From IMG/VR virus record IMGVR_UViG_2540341129_000004: a DNA stretch of 20,000 nucleotides; one strand, written 5' to 3'. Under the pieces are notes generated by a model. That model saw nothing but the letters and a program-made list of their open reading frames with translations. It did not search any database and was not told where the DNA came from. This DNA comes from an uncultured virus (IMG/VR IMGVR_UViG_2540341129_000004) (taxonomy: Duplodnaviria > Heunggongvirae > Uroviricota > Caudoviricetes). The position numbers and the translations under genes are program-made. This document shows, piece by piece, positions 8,581-16,509 of the stretch (positions are counted from its first letter, which is position 1; every line of letters starts with the position of its first letter).

Positions 8581-8674
8581 GAATCGAACCTCCTTTCGGT
8601 AACTTAGGTATATTGTATCACATAAGTGCGAATGTGTGTTCGGTTTTTGTGAAAATTTCGGGAGGGATTACGTA

Positions 8675-9052
8675 ATGGTATGTCGTTTATGCAAGGAACG
8701 CGGAAAAACGTGGGAAGGCTCCGATCCGGTATGCGCTTTTGAAAACGGTGTGTTTTCGCCGGACAATTGGGCGTGCGCAACGATGGGGAAACTGCGCAGA
8801 TTATCGGAGGAACTCGGACATTCCGATCGAGACGATGATTCTTGCGGATCAATAGGATACGTACCTTTAAGCGATAATTATGCGTCGGAAACTTACAACG
8901 ATTACGGAGGCTATATCATAATGATGTGGTACAAAGAGCGCGGAAAGGTTGGTAACGCACTATTTATGACCGACGAAAGCACGGTAACTTTGACGATTGA
9001 ACATGCAGAGATTGCGATTAAAACGGCTGAGAGGTGGTTGCGTAATGACTGA
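8675..9052 (+). CDS. Hypothetical Cys-containing phage protein
   Basis: SD GGGAGGG before ATG 8675; N-terminal CxxC. Confidence 0.8.
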   Translation: MVCRLCKERGKTWEGSDPVCAFENGVFSPDNWACATMGKLRRLSEELGHSDRDDDSCGSIGYVPLSDNYASETYNDYGGYIIMMWYKERGKVGNALFMTDESTVTLTIEHAEIAIKTAERWLRND

Positions 9053-10037
9053 AACGAAAAAGTATGTACGGATTAAGAAGGCGTCTGTAGAGGGAGCCTG
9101 GTATGCGGATAAGATCGGACAGATATTCGAAGTTGTACACGAAAACTCCATTACACTGCTTACAAAGAGCGGCGGTCATCATTCCGTACTCAAAGAAGAC
9201 GCCGAAATCATCGTCACAGAAAAGCGACCAGCCAAAGTTGGCGAGCGCGTGTTACTGACTGCGCCGACTAATACAAAAGGAAAACACCGAATAGGCGATG
9301 TATTCACCGTAAGAGAATTCGGAGAAACCGGCGTGCATGTAACTGAAGACGAATTTATGACGCTATGGCACAAAGAATACGAAGTCATCGTCAATAGTGA
9401 AGTGAAAAACGAGGATGGAACTAAGCACGAAGCCTCTGCTGAGGATTTGTGTACGGAACCAATGACTGAGGAAGTCAAACAACTACGTTGTACAGTGGCG
9501 AATTTGATTGGCGAGAATGAACGCTTGAAGGCGTCTTTTCAGGAAATCACGGAGCTCGCTGATAACTTTTACGTTGAGGATAATTCGGTTGCTAACGGTA
9601 TTTATATTATAAAACCAGATATCATGCAGTATTCAAATACGGTATATCTTATTCAAGCAATCGCAAAGGGCGTTAAAATGAAGCCGACAATCACGAAGGA
9701 ACAGGCAGAGGCTATAGAAGAACTCCGATTAAGATTGAGCGATGAAGGAATATTACTATCATATACAAATGATAGCTTAACAGTTGGCGATAATAAAAGT
9801 GGTTGTTTATATAATCTTGATTTATTAACATTAGCTACTGCATTAATTAACGGTTATGAATCTGAACCGACACCTGAGGAAAAACTGCGGGACTATTATG
9901 AACATATAAATAGATCGCGGGATGAGAGGTATGTAGCAGGGGATATTGAAGCTAAACGCCATAATGCTGGAGTATTAACCGGAATACGCAATACACTTGA
10001 CCTTCTCGGAATCGAAATCGAAGGGGTGAATGCTTGA
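9045..10037 (+). CDS. Hypothetical phage protein, apparently a mosaic of several small modules
   Basis: SD GAGGTGG before ATG 9045; internal Met-initiated modules (MTEEVKQL..., MKPTITKEQAEAIE...). Confidence 0.75.
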   Translation: MTETKKYVRIKKASVEGAWYADKIGQIFEVVHENSITLLTKSGGHHSVLKEDAEIIVTEKRPAKVGERVLLTAPTNTKGKHRIGDVFTVREFGETGVHVTEDEFMTLWHKEYEVIVNSEVKNEDGTKHEASAEDLCTEPMTEEVKQLRCTVANLIGENERLKASFQEITELADNFYVEDNSVANGIYIIKPDIMQYSNTVYLIQAIAKGVKMKPTITKEQAEAIEELRLRLSDEGILLSYTNDSLTVGDNKSGCLYNLDLLTLATALINGYESEPTPEEKLRDYYEHINRSRDERYVAGDIEAKRHNAGVLTGIRNTLDLLGIEIEGVNA

Positions 10038-10171
10038 TGAAGCGACCAGCACCGTATGAATTAAACGATTCAATAGCAGCGCTGAAGCTCGGCGTACCTG
10101 AACACCTTTATCATCACGTTTGGTGCCTTATTTACGAAATCGAAGCATTACAAGAGGAGGCCACAAGATGA
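10037..10171 (+). CDS. 44-aa hypothetical protein (MKRPAPYELND...), not in the ORF track
   Basis: SD AAGGGGTG; TGATG and ATGA overlaps with both neighbours. Confidence 0.7.
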   Translation: MKRPAPYELNDSIAALKLGVPEHLYHHVWCLIYEIEALQEEATR

Positions 10172-10509
10172 TCGATAAATTGACGAAAGATCAACTCGAA
10201 GTAATCCGAAAGCGTTCGGAGAAGGCTACGGAAGGCCCGTGGCGAATCGGGAAGCAATCACCAAACGGATTAAATAATATCGGAACAATTGGCGGATTAC
10301 TGACTGCACAAACAACGGATGAAGAGGACGCAAATTTCATCGCAAACGCCCGCCAAGATATTCCGTCGCTACTCGATCACATTACTTTTCTAAACGAAGT
10401 AATATCGAGCTGCCGATGCGCTGAGTGTGGCGATGAATTGGGGGAAGATTGGGCAACTAACAACGGAGTAGCGTTTTGCAATTACTGTGCTGGACTTAAT
10501 TCTTTATGA
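10168..10509 (+). CDS. Ead/Ea22-like phage protein with a C-terminal zinc-ribbon
   Basis: KATEGPW...DANFIANARQDIPSLL motif; two CxxC pairs; SD AGGAGG before ATG 10168. Confidence 0.75.
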   Translation: MIDKLTKDQLEVIRKRSEKATEGPWRIGKQSPNGLNNIGTIGGLLTAQTTDEEDANFIANARQDIPSLLDHITFLNEVISSCRCAECGDELGEDWATNNGVAFCNYCAGLNSL

Positions 10510-10538
10510 AATCTGTATTTTAAAGAGAAGGTGATACA

Positions 10539-10661
10539 GTGAAAGAGTCGTTGAAGAATGATTTTCAAGAGTTTATGAGTATTACAAAAAGCTTTCTTGC
10601 TGTTTCAGGAGCAGTCTTTTGGCTATTGATAATTTCACTTGTTTTTGCTGGAGGATATTAA
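10539..10661 (+). CDS. 40-aa single-TM membrane peptide
   Basis: SD AAGGTGA, GTG start; FLAVSGAVFWLLIISLVFAGG hydrophobic stretch. Confidence 0.65.
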   Translation: MKESLKNDFQEFMSITKSFLAVSGAVFWLLIISLVFAGGY

Positions 10662-10662
10662 A

Positions 10663-10695
10663 ATGAGTCACTCATATGTTCACCAAAGGAGGTGA
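10663..10695 (+). CDS. 10-aa micro-ORF MSHSYVHQRR
   Basis: GGAGG 10650-10654, ATG 8 nt later; its stop lies inside the next SD. Confidence 0.35.
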   Translation: MSHSYVHQRR

Positions 10696-10700
10696 ATAAA

Positions 10701-10739
10701 ATGCCAGTAGTACTTTATGGATTTGGAAGAGGAGCATAA
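10701..10739 (+). CDS. 12-aa micro-ORF MPVVLYGFGRGA
   Basis: Perfect SD AAAGGAGGTGA 10685-10695; a hairpin follows directly. Confidence 0.55.
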   Translation: MPVVLYGFGRGA

Positions 10740-10763
10740 AAAGAGAGGGGACAGACCCCTCTT
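10737..10763 (-). terminator. Terminator of sspC (possibly bidirectional)
   Basis: AGAGGGG-acaga-CCCCTCT stem with an A-run on the left (U-tract on the minus strand). Confidence 0.75.
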
Positions 10764-10765
10764 GA

Positions 10766-10823
10766 TTAATGAAATTGGCCATTCATACTTTGTTGGGCTA
10801 GGCGAACTAAACGCTTTGTAATC
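10766..10823 (-). pseudogene. sspC: 3' stub of an alpha/beta-type small acid-soluble spore protein gene
   Basis: Minus strand translates ITKRLVRLAQQSMNGQFH*, matching the SspC C-terminus; the upstream ANGSVGGE part is absent. Confidence 0.85.
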
Positions 10824-10842
10824 ATGAACAATAAACAAAGGA

Positions 10843-11787
10843 GTGAAATGTATAGGCATTATTAAAGAACAAAAGGTTGAGGTCAGCTGGAATCCTATGA
10901 CATCGAGACACTATCAAACACTAGGATATGAATTTACCTTTTGGAGGGATAAATTTCATGTGCCATATTATCATTTACCACTTACTTCTGAAAAAATGGT
11001 TTTAGTTTCTTGTGACAAAGAGAAATGCACAAATGTTAAGTCAGTTAAATATAATGAATTTAACCGGTTGTACAAAAATAAAAAATATGAATGTAAAAAA
11101 CATAGCCATTCTTATTATGAGGATAAAGCGAGGGAAAGAGGGTTTATTTTAACATCAGAATACAAAGGTGTAAAAGGTAAAGTTGATTTGATCTGTTTAA
11201 AGAATGGTCATAAATCAACAAAATTGTGGTCTCAAATTAATAATGGATCTAAATGTTTAAAATGTCATCAGGAAAGCCTGAAATTGAGCATTGATTATAT
11301 TAAAGAAGAATTCTTAAAGAAAAACTTATTGCTTTTATCAAATGAATACGCCAACGAAAAGAGCAAGTTAGCTTTTAAATGTAAGAATGGACACTATGGA
11401 GAAATTGCGTGGAACTATTTTCAACAAGGAGGGGGATGCCAGCAGTGCTATAGGAAGAGTCGTTTTAGAGAAGGTAATCCGAGGTGGAATAAGAATAAAA
11501 CTGATACTCAGAGGATAAATGACAGAAAGTATCGTGAATATTTACAGTGGAGAAAGAAAGTTCTACAGAGGGATGATTACACATGTCAAAAATGCTGGCT
11601 TAAAAAGAAAAAATATTTAACTGCTCACCATATCTATAATTATATGGAGCATAAAGATATTCGACTAGAAGTTGATAACGGGTTGACCTTGTGTGATTCT
11701 TGCCATGAACATTTTCATAATACATATGGATACACTAACAACAATTATATACAACTGTTTATGTACTTAAACAAAGAAGGGGGATAA
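10843..11787 (+). CDS. Free-standing HNH endonuclease with zinc-binding repeats (start possibly ATA 10852)
   Basis: C-terminal RDDYTCQKC...AHHI...[15 protein letters not shown]; repeated Y......K..F/L.C..GH...W......G..CxxC units. Confidence 0.9.
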   Translation: MKCIGIIKEQKVEVSWNPMTSRHYQTLGYEFTFWRDKFHVPYYHLPLTSEKMVLVSCDKEKCTNVKSVKYNEFNRLYKNKKYECKKHSHSYYEDKARERGFILTSEYKGVKGKVDLICLKNGHKSTKLWSQINNGSKCLKCHQESLKLSIDYIKEEFLKKNLLLLSNEYANEKSKLAFKCKNGHYGEIAWNYFQQGGGCQQCYRKSRFREGNPRWNKNKTDTQRINDRKYREYLQWRKKVLQRDDYTCQKCWLKKKKYLTAHHIYNYMEHKDIRLEVDNGLTLCDSCHEHFHNTYGYTNNNYIQLFMYLNKEGG

Positions 11788-11788
11788 T

Positions 11789-12616
11789 ATGAAAATCGAT
11801 TATGTTTCAGATCTTCATATTAATCACTGGATACCTTGGAACAATAACCAAATCAAATGGGAAAAGCGAACAAGGGAGATTATTAGAAGGTTAATATCGA
11901 ATGGAAATGGTGAGGTATTAATAATTGCCGGTGATTTTACTGAGTGGAATCAACAGACACTGTGGGTACTTGATGAAGTAGCAAAGCAGTATGAAAAGGT
12001 TTACTTTACATATGGTAATCATGATCTTTATTTACTCAGTAAAAATCAGCAACGAAAATATTCCGATTCATTGGGAAGGGTGAATGATTTAATTCAGAAG
12101 GCTGCAGACATCAAGAATGTCACTCCATTGATAAAGTCAACAGATACATACAAAGGGAAAGTCTTTGCCGGGGATGTCATGTGGTATCTTCCAAAAGGAA
12201 ATGAAGGATGGGATTTCTTCAAAGGTGTCTCTAATGATTCGAACTATATCAGCCTTAATGGATACAGCAAAGAAGATGGGGTACGAGCAATGTGGAAAGA
12301 ATCAATGGACTGGTATGACACTCTTGAAAACTCTGATATTGATGTATTTGTATCTCATGTCCCACCTGTTCACAATCCCTATTCTCCGTTCGAGCCTAAT
12401 ACGTGCTATATGGTTGATGTCCCGTTCATTAACGCAAAACATTGGGTTTGTGGTCATGATCATTTACAAGCTGAGTTTGACAAAGATGGAACGAGATTTC
12501 ACATGAATTGTATCGGATATCCGTATGACTATGATAATTACCCTAGTGTCAATGTGATACCAGATAAGCAAGTTGATACATATAAAACGTTTGAGTTGAA
12601 GACATTTGAAATATGA
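11789..12616 (+). CDS. yotB: Calcineurin-like metallophosphoesterase (YotB-like)
   Basis: SDLH, AGD, GNHD, SHVPP and GHDH motifs; 275 aa; position after sspC. Confidence 0.88.
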   Translation: MKIDYVSDLHINHWIPWNNNQIKWEKRTREIIRRLISNGNGEVLIIAGDFTEWNQQTLWVLDEVAKQYEKVYFTYGNHDLYLLSKNQQRKYSDSLGRVNDLIQKAADIKNVTPLIKSTDTYKGKVFAGDVMWYLPKGNEGWDFFKGVSNDSNYISLNGYSKEDGVRAMWKESMDWYDTLENSDIDVFVSHVPPVHNPYSPFEPNTCYMVDVPFINAKHWVCGHDHLQAEFDKDGTRFHMNCIGYPYDYDNYPSVNVIPDKQVDTYKTFELKTFEI

Positions 12617-12625
12617 GGTGAATTC

Positions 12626-12847
12626 GTGAAGAAAAAATTAGATGATGTGTGGACAGTTGTATATAAAGATCATGATGAAGAACCTATGGCCTTTTCATAC
12701 TATTCCAAAACAGATGCGGAGATTGCAAAACAGACAATTGAAAAATCAAACGGTACTCAGCTAGTTAATGAAAAGGAAGAAGTCGTAGGGCATATTCATT
12801 TAGACTGGGTCTATTTAATCCAAGGGAGGTTAATTAAAACCGACTAG
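12626..12847 (+). CDS. Hypothetical protein (YotC-like position)
   Basis: SD GAGGTGA, GTG start. Confidence 0.75.
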   Translation: MKKKLDDVWTVVYKDHDEEPMAFSYYSKTDAEIAKQTIEKSNGTQLVNEKEEVVGHIHLDWVYLIQGRLIKTD

Positions 12848-12893
12848 GAGAGAGAAAATAAAATTCTAATTTTATTGAAAAGGGGAGATTAAA

Positions 12894-13253
12894 TTGAATA
12901 AGAGAGTAAAGAAGAAGATTCGAAATAGAGTTGAATCATGGATTATTTATAAGAATCCTAATGGGTCATATAATTCATTGGGTGTAAACAAATTTGGAGA
13001 AGTACCCTCCCATGCACGCCCTTTGCATCCTGAATATGAAACATTAGGAGAGGTCTTAAATTCATTCCCTAAAGGATTTAACTTTCCTTTGGTTGAGTTG
13101 ACAAAAGAAGAAGAAAACATGTTGTTCTTTGATCATCATCCTACAGAGTGCGGCTGCTGGCACACAGGAGATAGAGATACGTGGGGTATTTGGGGACAGA
13201 GGTATTTATTGAAAAAAGTATCGGATGGGTGTTGCGAATACGTCTCAAAATAA
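12894..13253 (+). CDS. Hypothetical protein
   Basis: SD AAGGGGAG, TTG start. Confidence 0.75.
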   Translation: MNKRVKKKIRNRVESWIIYKNPNGSYNSLGVNKFGEVPSHARPLHPEYETLGEVLNSFPKGFNFPLVELTKEEENMLFFDHHPTECGCWHTGDRDTWGIWGQRYLLKKVSDGCCEYVSK

Positions 13254-13294
13254 AATATTTATTTTCTGATTTTATCCAGAGAGGGGAAATGATA

Positions 13295-13534
13295 ATGGAT
13301 TACACAAAACTGTTAGAGGAAAAGTACCCAATTAGCATTATTCAGTATGTAAGACAGAGAGAAGGTTTAGATAAGAAAGATGTCTCCAAGGATAAAGAAA
13401 TCTTAGAAATGACGAACTCAGAAGTATTTAGAGAGGTTCTAGCATGGAATGGTTTTATTGGAGGATGGGATCACATAATTAAAGACTGGATTAAGAGCAT
13501 TTATGGAATCGATCTTGATGACTTTGAAAAGTGA
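13295..13534 (+). CDS. Hypothetical protein (MDYTKLLEEKY...; alternative start 13289)
   Basis: SD GAGGGG upstream; the longer ORF-track start overlaps the previous gene. Confidence 0.75.
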   Translation: MDYTKLLEEKYPISIIQYVRQREGLDKKDVSKDKEILEMTNSEVFREVLAWNGFIGGWDHIIKDWIKSIYGIDLDDFEK

Positions 13535-13696
13535 AACCATGTCATATGGACAAAGTAATAAAGTTGACTATGCTTCGACTGGTGATGAAACTGATTTTGA
13601 TTGTCCTAAATACGAAGGGAATCATCTTGAAGAAATAGACAACAGCATTTAAAAGAGCAGTAAAAGGCCTCAAATTTTCACAGGGGGATTGCTATT

Positions 13697-13873
13697 ATGA
13701 TTGGAAAAGCATTATACAATAATTCATGGTTTGAAGTAGCAAATATCAACTTTGACACAGGGCATATCATAATTAAAAACGACAGTGAAAACTCGTTGGG
13801 TTTGAGAATAGGTAAAACACTAACACTTGATCTTGATTACGTCGATGATGTAAAAATTGGACTTCTGCTGTAA
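13697..13873 (+). CDS. 58-aa hypothetical protein (MIGKALYNNSWFEVANINFDTG...)
   Basis: SD AGGGGG, ATG; below the ORF-track cutoff. Confidence 0.7.
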   Translation: MIGKALYNNSWFEVANINFDTGHIIIKNDSENSLGLRIGKTLTLDLDYVDDVKIGLLL

Positions 13874-13916
13874 ATGAATAAAATGTTGATTTTATCGGAA
13901 GGGAGAGAATTTAATA

Positions 13917-14078
13917 ATGAGTACCCAAAGAGGGGCAAATACACCGGAGGAATTGGCTAAATCAATTCAGAAATTAGGAAGGGAAATGCAAGAATTTAGT
14001 GAATGCAGTAATGGTATTCGTGAAATTGTTATTACTCTAGATGAAGATGATGGTTCATTTACGATTACAACAGATTAA
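13917..14078 (+). CDS. 53-aa hypothetical protein (MSTQRGANTPEELAK...)
   Basis: SD AAGGGAG, ATG; bounded by two junction palindromes. Confidence 0.7.
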   Translation: MSTQRGANTPEELAKSIQKLGREMQEFSECSNGIREIVITLDEDDGSFTITTD

Positions 14079-14110
14079 AATTTGATTTCATTTAGAAAGG
14101 GGATAGGAAA

Positions 14111-14350
14111 ACGGACGTTTTAGAAAGAGCGATTAAACGTGAGAGACAAACCAAGTGTAAACTCCTAAGAAAGTTTAGAAAAGCTAGAGATATGGCTAGC
14201 AAACATAGTAAAAGAGGGTACACATGCAATTTCCTTAGGAGGCAAATTAGATATCATGATCAGTACAGTTGGATTCAGAAATACTCAAAAAACGAACTTG
14301 CAATAAGAATATTTCAATGGTCAGAACGAGAGAGAAACATGTTCAGATAA
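14111..14350 (+). CDS. 79-aa basic hypothetical protein with an ACG start (xDVLERAIKRERQTK...)
   Basis: SD AAAGGGG 14096-14102, ACG 8 nt later, open frame to TAA 14348-14350 fills the gap. Confidence 0.55.
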   Translation, partial: TDVLERAIKRERQTKCKLLRKFRKARDMASKHSKRGYTCNFLRRQIRYHDQYSWIQKYSKNELAIRIFQWSERERNMFR

Positions 14351-14370
14351 AATTAAGAAGGGAGAGTCTT

Positions 14371-14811
14371 ATGGAGAACGCAATGTCCTGGTTTGATATA
14401 GACTTTGAGTTTAAACCAGACAATAAAATTGATGAAGCTCTATTGCGATTATTTGATCTCATGAAGAAGAGTCTCCACATTTATTTCAATATTGAAAACT
14501 CTTCTGATATTCATGAGTTTTTAAAAATCGTAGCTGCAAAAAACAATGTTGATTATTCCTTCATTGAATGGATTAGGGGAAAGGGCATCCCAAGATTAAA
14601 GAAAATTGATTTCGAAAATTTACCAAGCAATGATCAATTTCTTGCAATGATTGAGATCGATGAATACTGTCTTAAATGTGAAATGGATTTTAAAGAGCCA
14701 GAAGAGGTAAGGGGTTGCATCATCACGATCATTAATAGCATTCAGGAATATACTAATATTTGCAAACAGTTAATCAAAGGAGAGAGTTTTAATGACGAAA
14801 ACAGAATTTAA
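14371..14811 (+). CDS. Hypothetical protein (MENAMSWFDIDFEFK...)
   Basis: SD AAGGGAG before ATG 14371. Confidence 0.8.
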   Translation: MENAMSWFDIDFEFKPDNKIDEALLRLFDLMKKSLHIYFNIENSSDIHEFLKIVAAKNNVDYSFIEWIRGKGIPRLKKIDFENLPSNDQFLAMIEIDEYCLKCEMDFKEPEEVRGCIITIINSIQEYTNICKQLIKGESFNDENRI

Positions 14812-15340
14812 TGTTAATGATATATTAGAAAATTATAAACGAAGAGATGAGGAACGTAGGGAGTTCATCATTCATGAAGGCTACAGAGCTATCGAAGAGA
14901 TCATTAAAGAAGTGAATCAAAGGGGGTCGCTAAATGAGGCTGATATTTATTACGGAACACCTAGGCCACAGCTAAGTTTCTCGGACGTTGAATTAGGCTA
15001 CATGCTTACTTCAATGATGGAATATGCGACAAATCATGTAGGAAATCCAGCAGATGAGAAATGTGAACTTGAAAATAAGCTGGCTTACTTTAAGTATAAG
15101 GACGAAATTGTTCAAATTTTTGAAGTTTATGGACAAGGTACTGACAGCTGGTTTTTGAAACCAAGTGACGATACCGTTTATAAATTGAATAACACAGCTT
15201 ACGGAGTGTATTTAAACCAGTTCGATGATTTCATTAATTACACTAAAAATAAAGACAATGAGAGTAAAAAGGTTTCTTATAGTACCACGATCTTAAATGA
15301 CATTACCGGTGGATATACAGTGGGAAGAGGTTCTAAGTAG
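14792..15340 (+). CDS. Hypothetical protein
   Basis: SD AAAGGAG; 182 aa. Confidence 0.8.
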   Translation: MTKTEFNVNDILENYKRRDEERREFIIHEGYRAIEEIIKEVNQRGSLNEADIYYGTPRPQLSFSDVELGYMLTSMMEYATNHVGNPADEKCELENKLAYFKYKDEIVQIFEVYGQGTDSWFLKPSDDTVYKLNNTAYGVYLNQFDDFINYTKNKDNESKKVSYSTTILNDITGGYTVGRGSK

Positions 15341-15514
15341 ATGATTGTGACAGCTTGGATCTTGTTAATTGTATTTGGTTTATTTGCTTTATCAGATTTT
15401 GATGTAACTGAGGACGAAACAAAGCATATAAAATTCTTCGTATTTATGAAATTTGTTTCAGTATTCATTGTTGCTATTGCAGCAGGAGTGATTTGGGGAG
15501 GGTTATTTCAATGA
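15341..15514 (+). CDS. 57-aa two-TM membrane protein (YotH-like)
   Basis: [18 protein letters not shown]...; SD AAGAGGT; ATGA overlap with the next gene. Confidence 0.75.
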   Translation: MIVTAWILLIVFGLFALSDFDVTEDETKHIKFFVFMKFVSVFIVAIAAGVIWGGLFQ

Positions 15515-15942
15515 AGACGATTAAATTATATGAACTTGTATCACAAGGTAAAAAACCGATTATTAAATTTAATGACAATGTGTATGAATGGATTGAAGAA
15601 TCAGTCGATCCCATGATGATGGGGAAAATAATTGGGGTTTCAATTGAGTATGATGAGATTAAATTTTTATTAGATTTGAATCCTTTTGAAGCATACAATC
15701 GAAGCGTTGCGCGGCATGATTGGAGAGATGATGAAGGGAATAATGTTTTATCATGGTTTGAGACTTCTTTCTATCCGAAAAACGGAATTGTAGCTATTTA
15801 CTTGCCTATTGATGAAAAAACAGAAATCGCATTTGATTTTATAGAAGAGGATTCTTTATTAAATGAATATGCAAAAAACACTCAAGACATGTCGTATGTT
15901 GAATGGCTGGAAAATGAAGTTAAGCAATTAAGGATTAAATAA
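15511..15942 (+). CDS. Hypothetical protein (YotI-like)
   Basis: SD GGGAGGG before ATG 15511. Confidence 0.8.
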   Translation: MKTIKLYELVSQGKKPIIKFNDNVYEWIEESVDPMMMGKIIGVSIEYDEIKFLLDLNPFEAYNRSVARHDWRDDEGNNVLSWFETSFYPKNGIVAIYLPIDEKTEIAFDFIEEDSLLNEYAKNTQDMSYVEWLENEVKQLRIK

Positions 15943-15997
15943 AATCGGTCATTTATTTAGAGTGAAAATAAAATAAGTGTATTGGAGGTGGAGGGTA

Positions 15998-16183
15998 ATA
16001 ACTGAGCACTTTAAGAACATTCAAATACTGTTCAACAAAATGGAAAGGCAAATGGGTACGGTGAAAGAAGCTCTCGAGAACAAAGAATACGAAAGAGCCC
16101 ATCGTAACCTAATCAACCTTTCAGATAACAATGAAGAATTGATGCAGGAAATCAGATGGGCTCGGAAAGGGATTAAGATTTAA
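15998..16183 (+). CDS. 61-aa hypothetical protein (YotK-like), probable ATA start
   Basis: SD GGAGGTGG at 15984-15991 precedes ATA 15998; the ORF-track GTG 15977 has no SD. Confidence 0.65.
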   Translation: MTEHFKNIQILFNKMERQMGTVKEALENKEYERAHRNLINLSDNNEELMQEIRWARKGIKI

Positions 16184-16412
16184 CTTTTCTTCTTTCTTCG
16201 TGGTTCCATTCGTACAACTCTTCAATTGAGCAACCAATGGCATCAGCAAAAGTCATGCCCGTAGCCAAGTTCATGTTTGCTTTAGCTCCACTTATATAAT
16301 CGTGGATACGTTGTCTGGGGTATCCTGTGCGTTTGAAAAGGTCATCAACTGTGAGGTCATATTCAAACATTAATTCATTTAAACGAGGGCGCAGGGGTGT
16401 CCATTGCTTCAT
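16173..16412 (-). CDS. XRE/Cro-like HTH transcriptional regulator (YotL-like)
   Basis: LNELM...LTVDDLFKRTGYPRQRIHDYISG...LATGMTFADAIGCSIEELY HTH pattern. Confidence 0.85.
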   Translation of the reverse strand: MKQWTPLRPRLNELMFEYDLTVDDLFKRTGYPRQRIHDYISGAKANMNLATGMTFADAIGCSIEELYEWNHEERRKVKS

Positions 16413-16509
16413 TTCGAACACTTCTTTCAATATTAATTAACATAAAACAGTGTAGCAAAGGTTTATTCTAATTTCAATTTTAGTTTCAATATTTTAGGAG
16501 AGTGATTGA

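Larger units (their letters stand above)
10507..15955. repeat. Dispersed palindrome TAAAAT-N3/4-ATTTTA at gene junctions (10507, 12859, 13251, 13879, 14076, 15940)
   Basis: TGAAAT ctgt ATTTTA; TAAAAT tcta ATTTTA; TAAAAT attt ATTTTC; TAAAAT gttg ATTTTA; TAAAAT ttg ATTTCA; TAAAAT cggt CATTTA. Confidence 0.65.

Noticed and set aside
8046..9478. Minus-strand ORFs 8046-8381, 8604-8852, 8960-9151, 9179-9478 (also 7506-7742)
   Set aside because: Antisense shadows of plus-strand genes with good SDs; several are Ser-rich, as typical for shadow frames
13539..13652. 37-aa ORF MSYGQSNKVD...
   Set aside because: No SD; probably the 3' remnant of a deleted gene
14269..14370. ORF-track N-terminal extension of the gene ending at 14811 (similarly starts 8636, 8997, 10120, 13181, 15493, 19327)
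   Set aside because: Downstream starts have clear SDs, and most of the extensions overlap upstream genes
15277..15698. Minus-strand ORFs 15277-15468 and 15474-15698
   Set aside because: The plus strand has a coupled gene chain (15341-15514, 15511-15942) that explains the region
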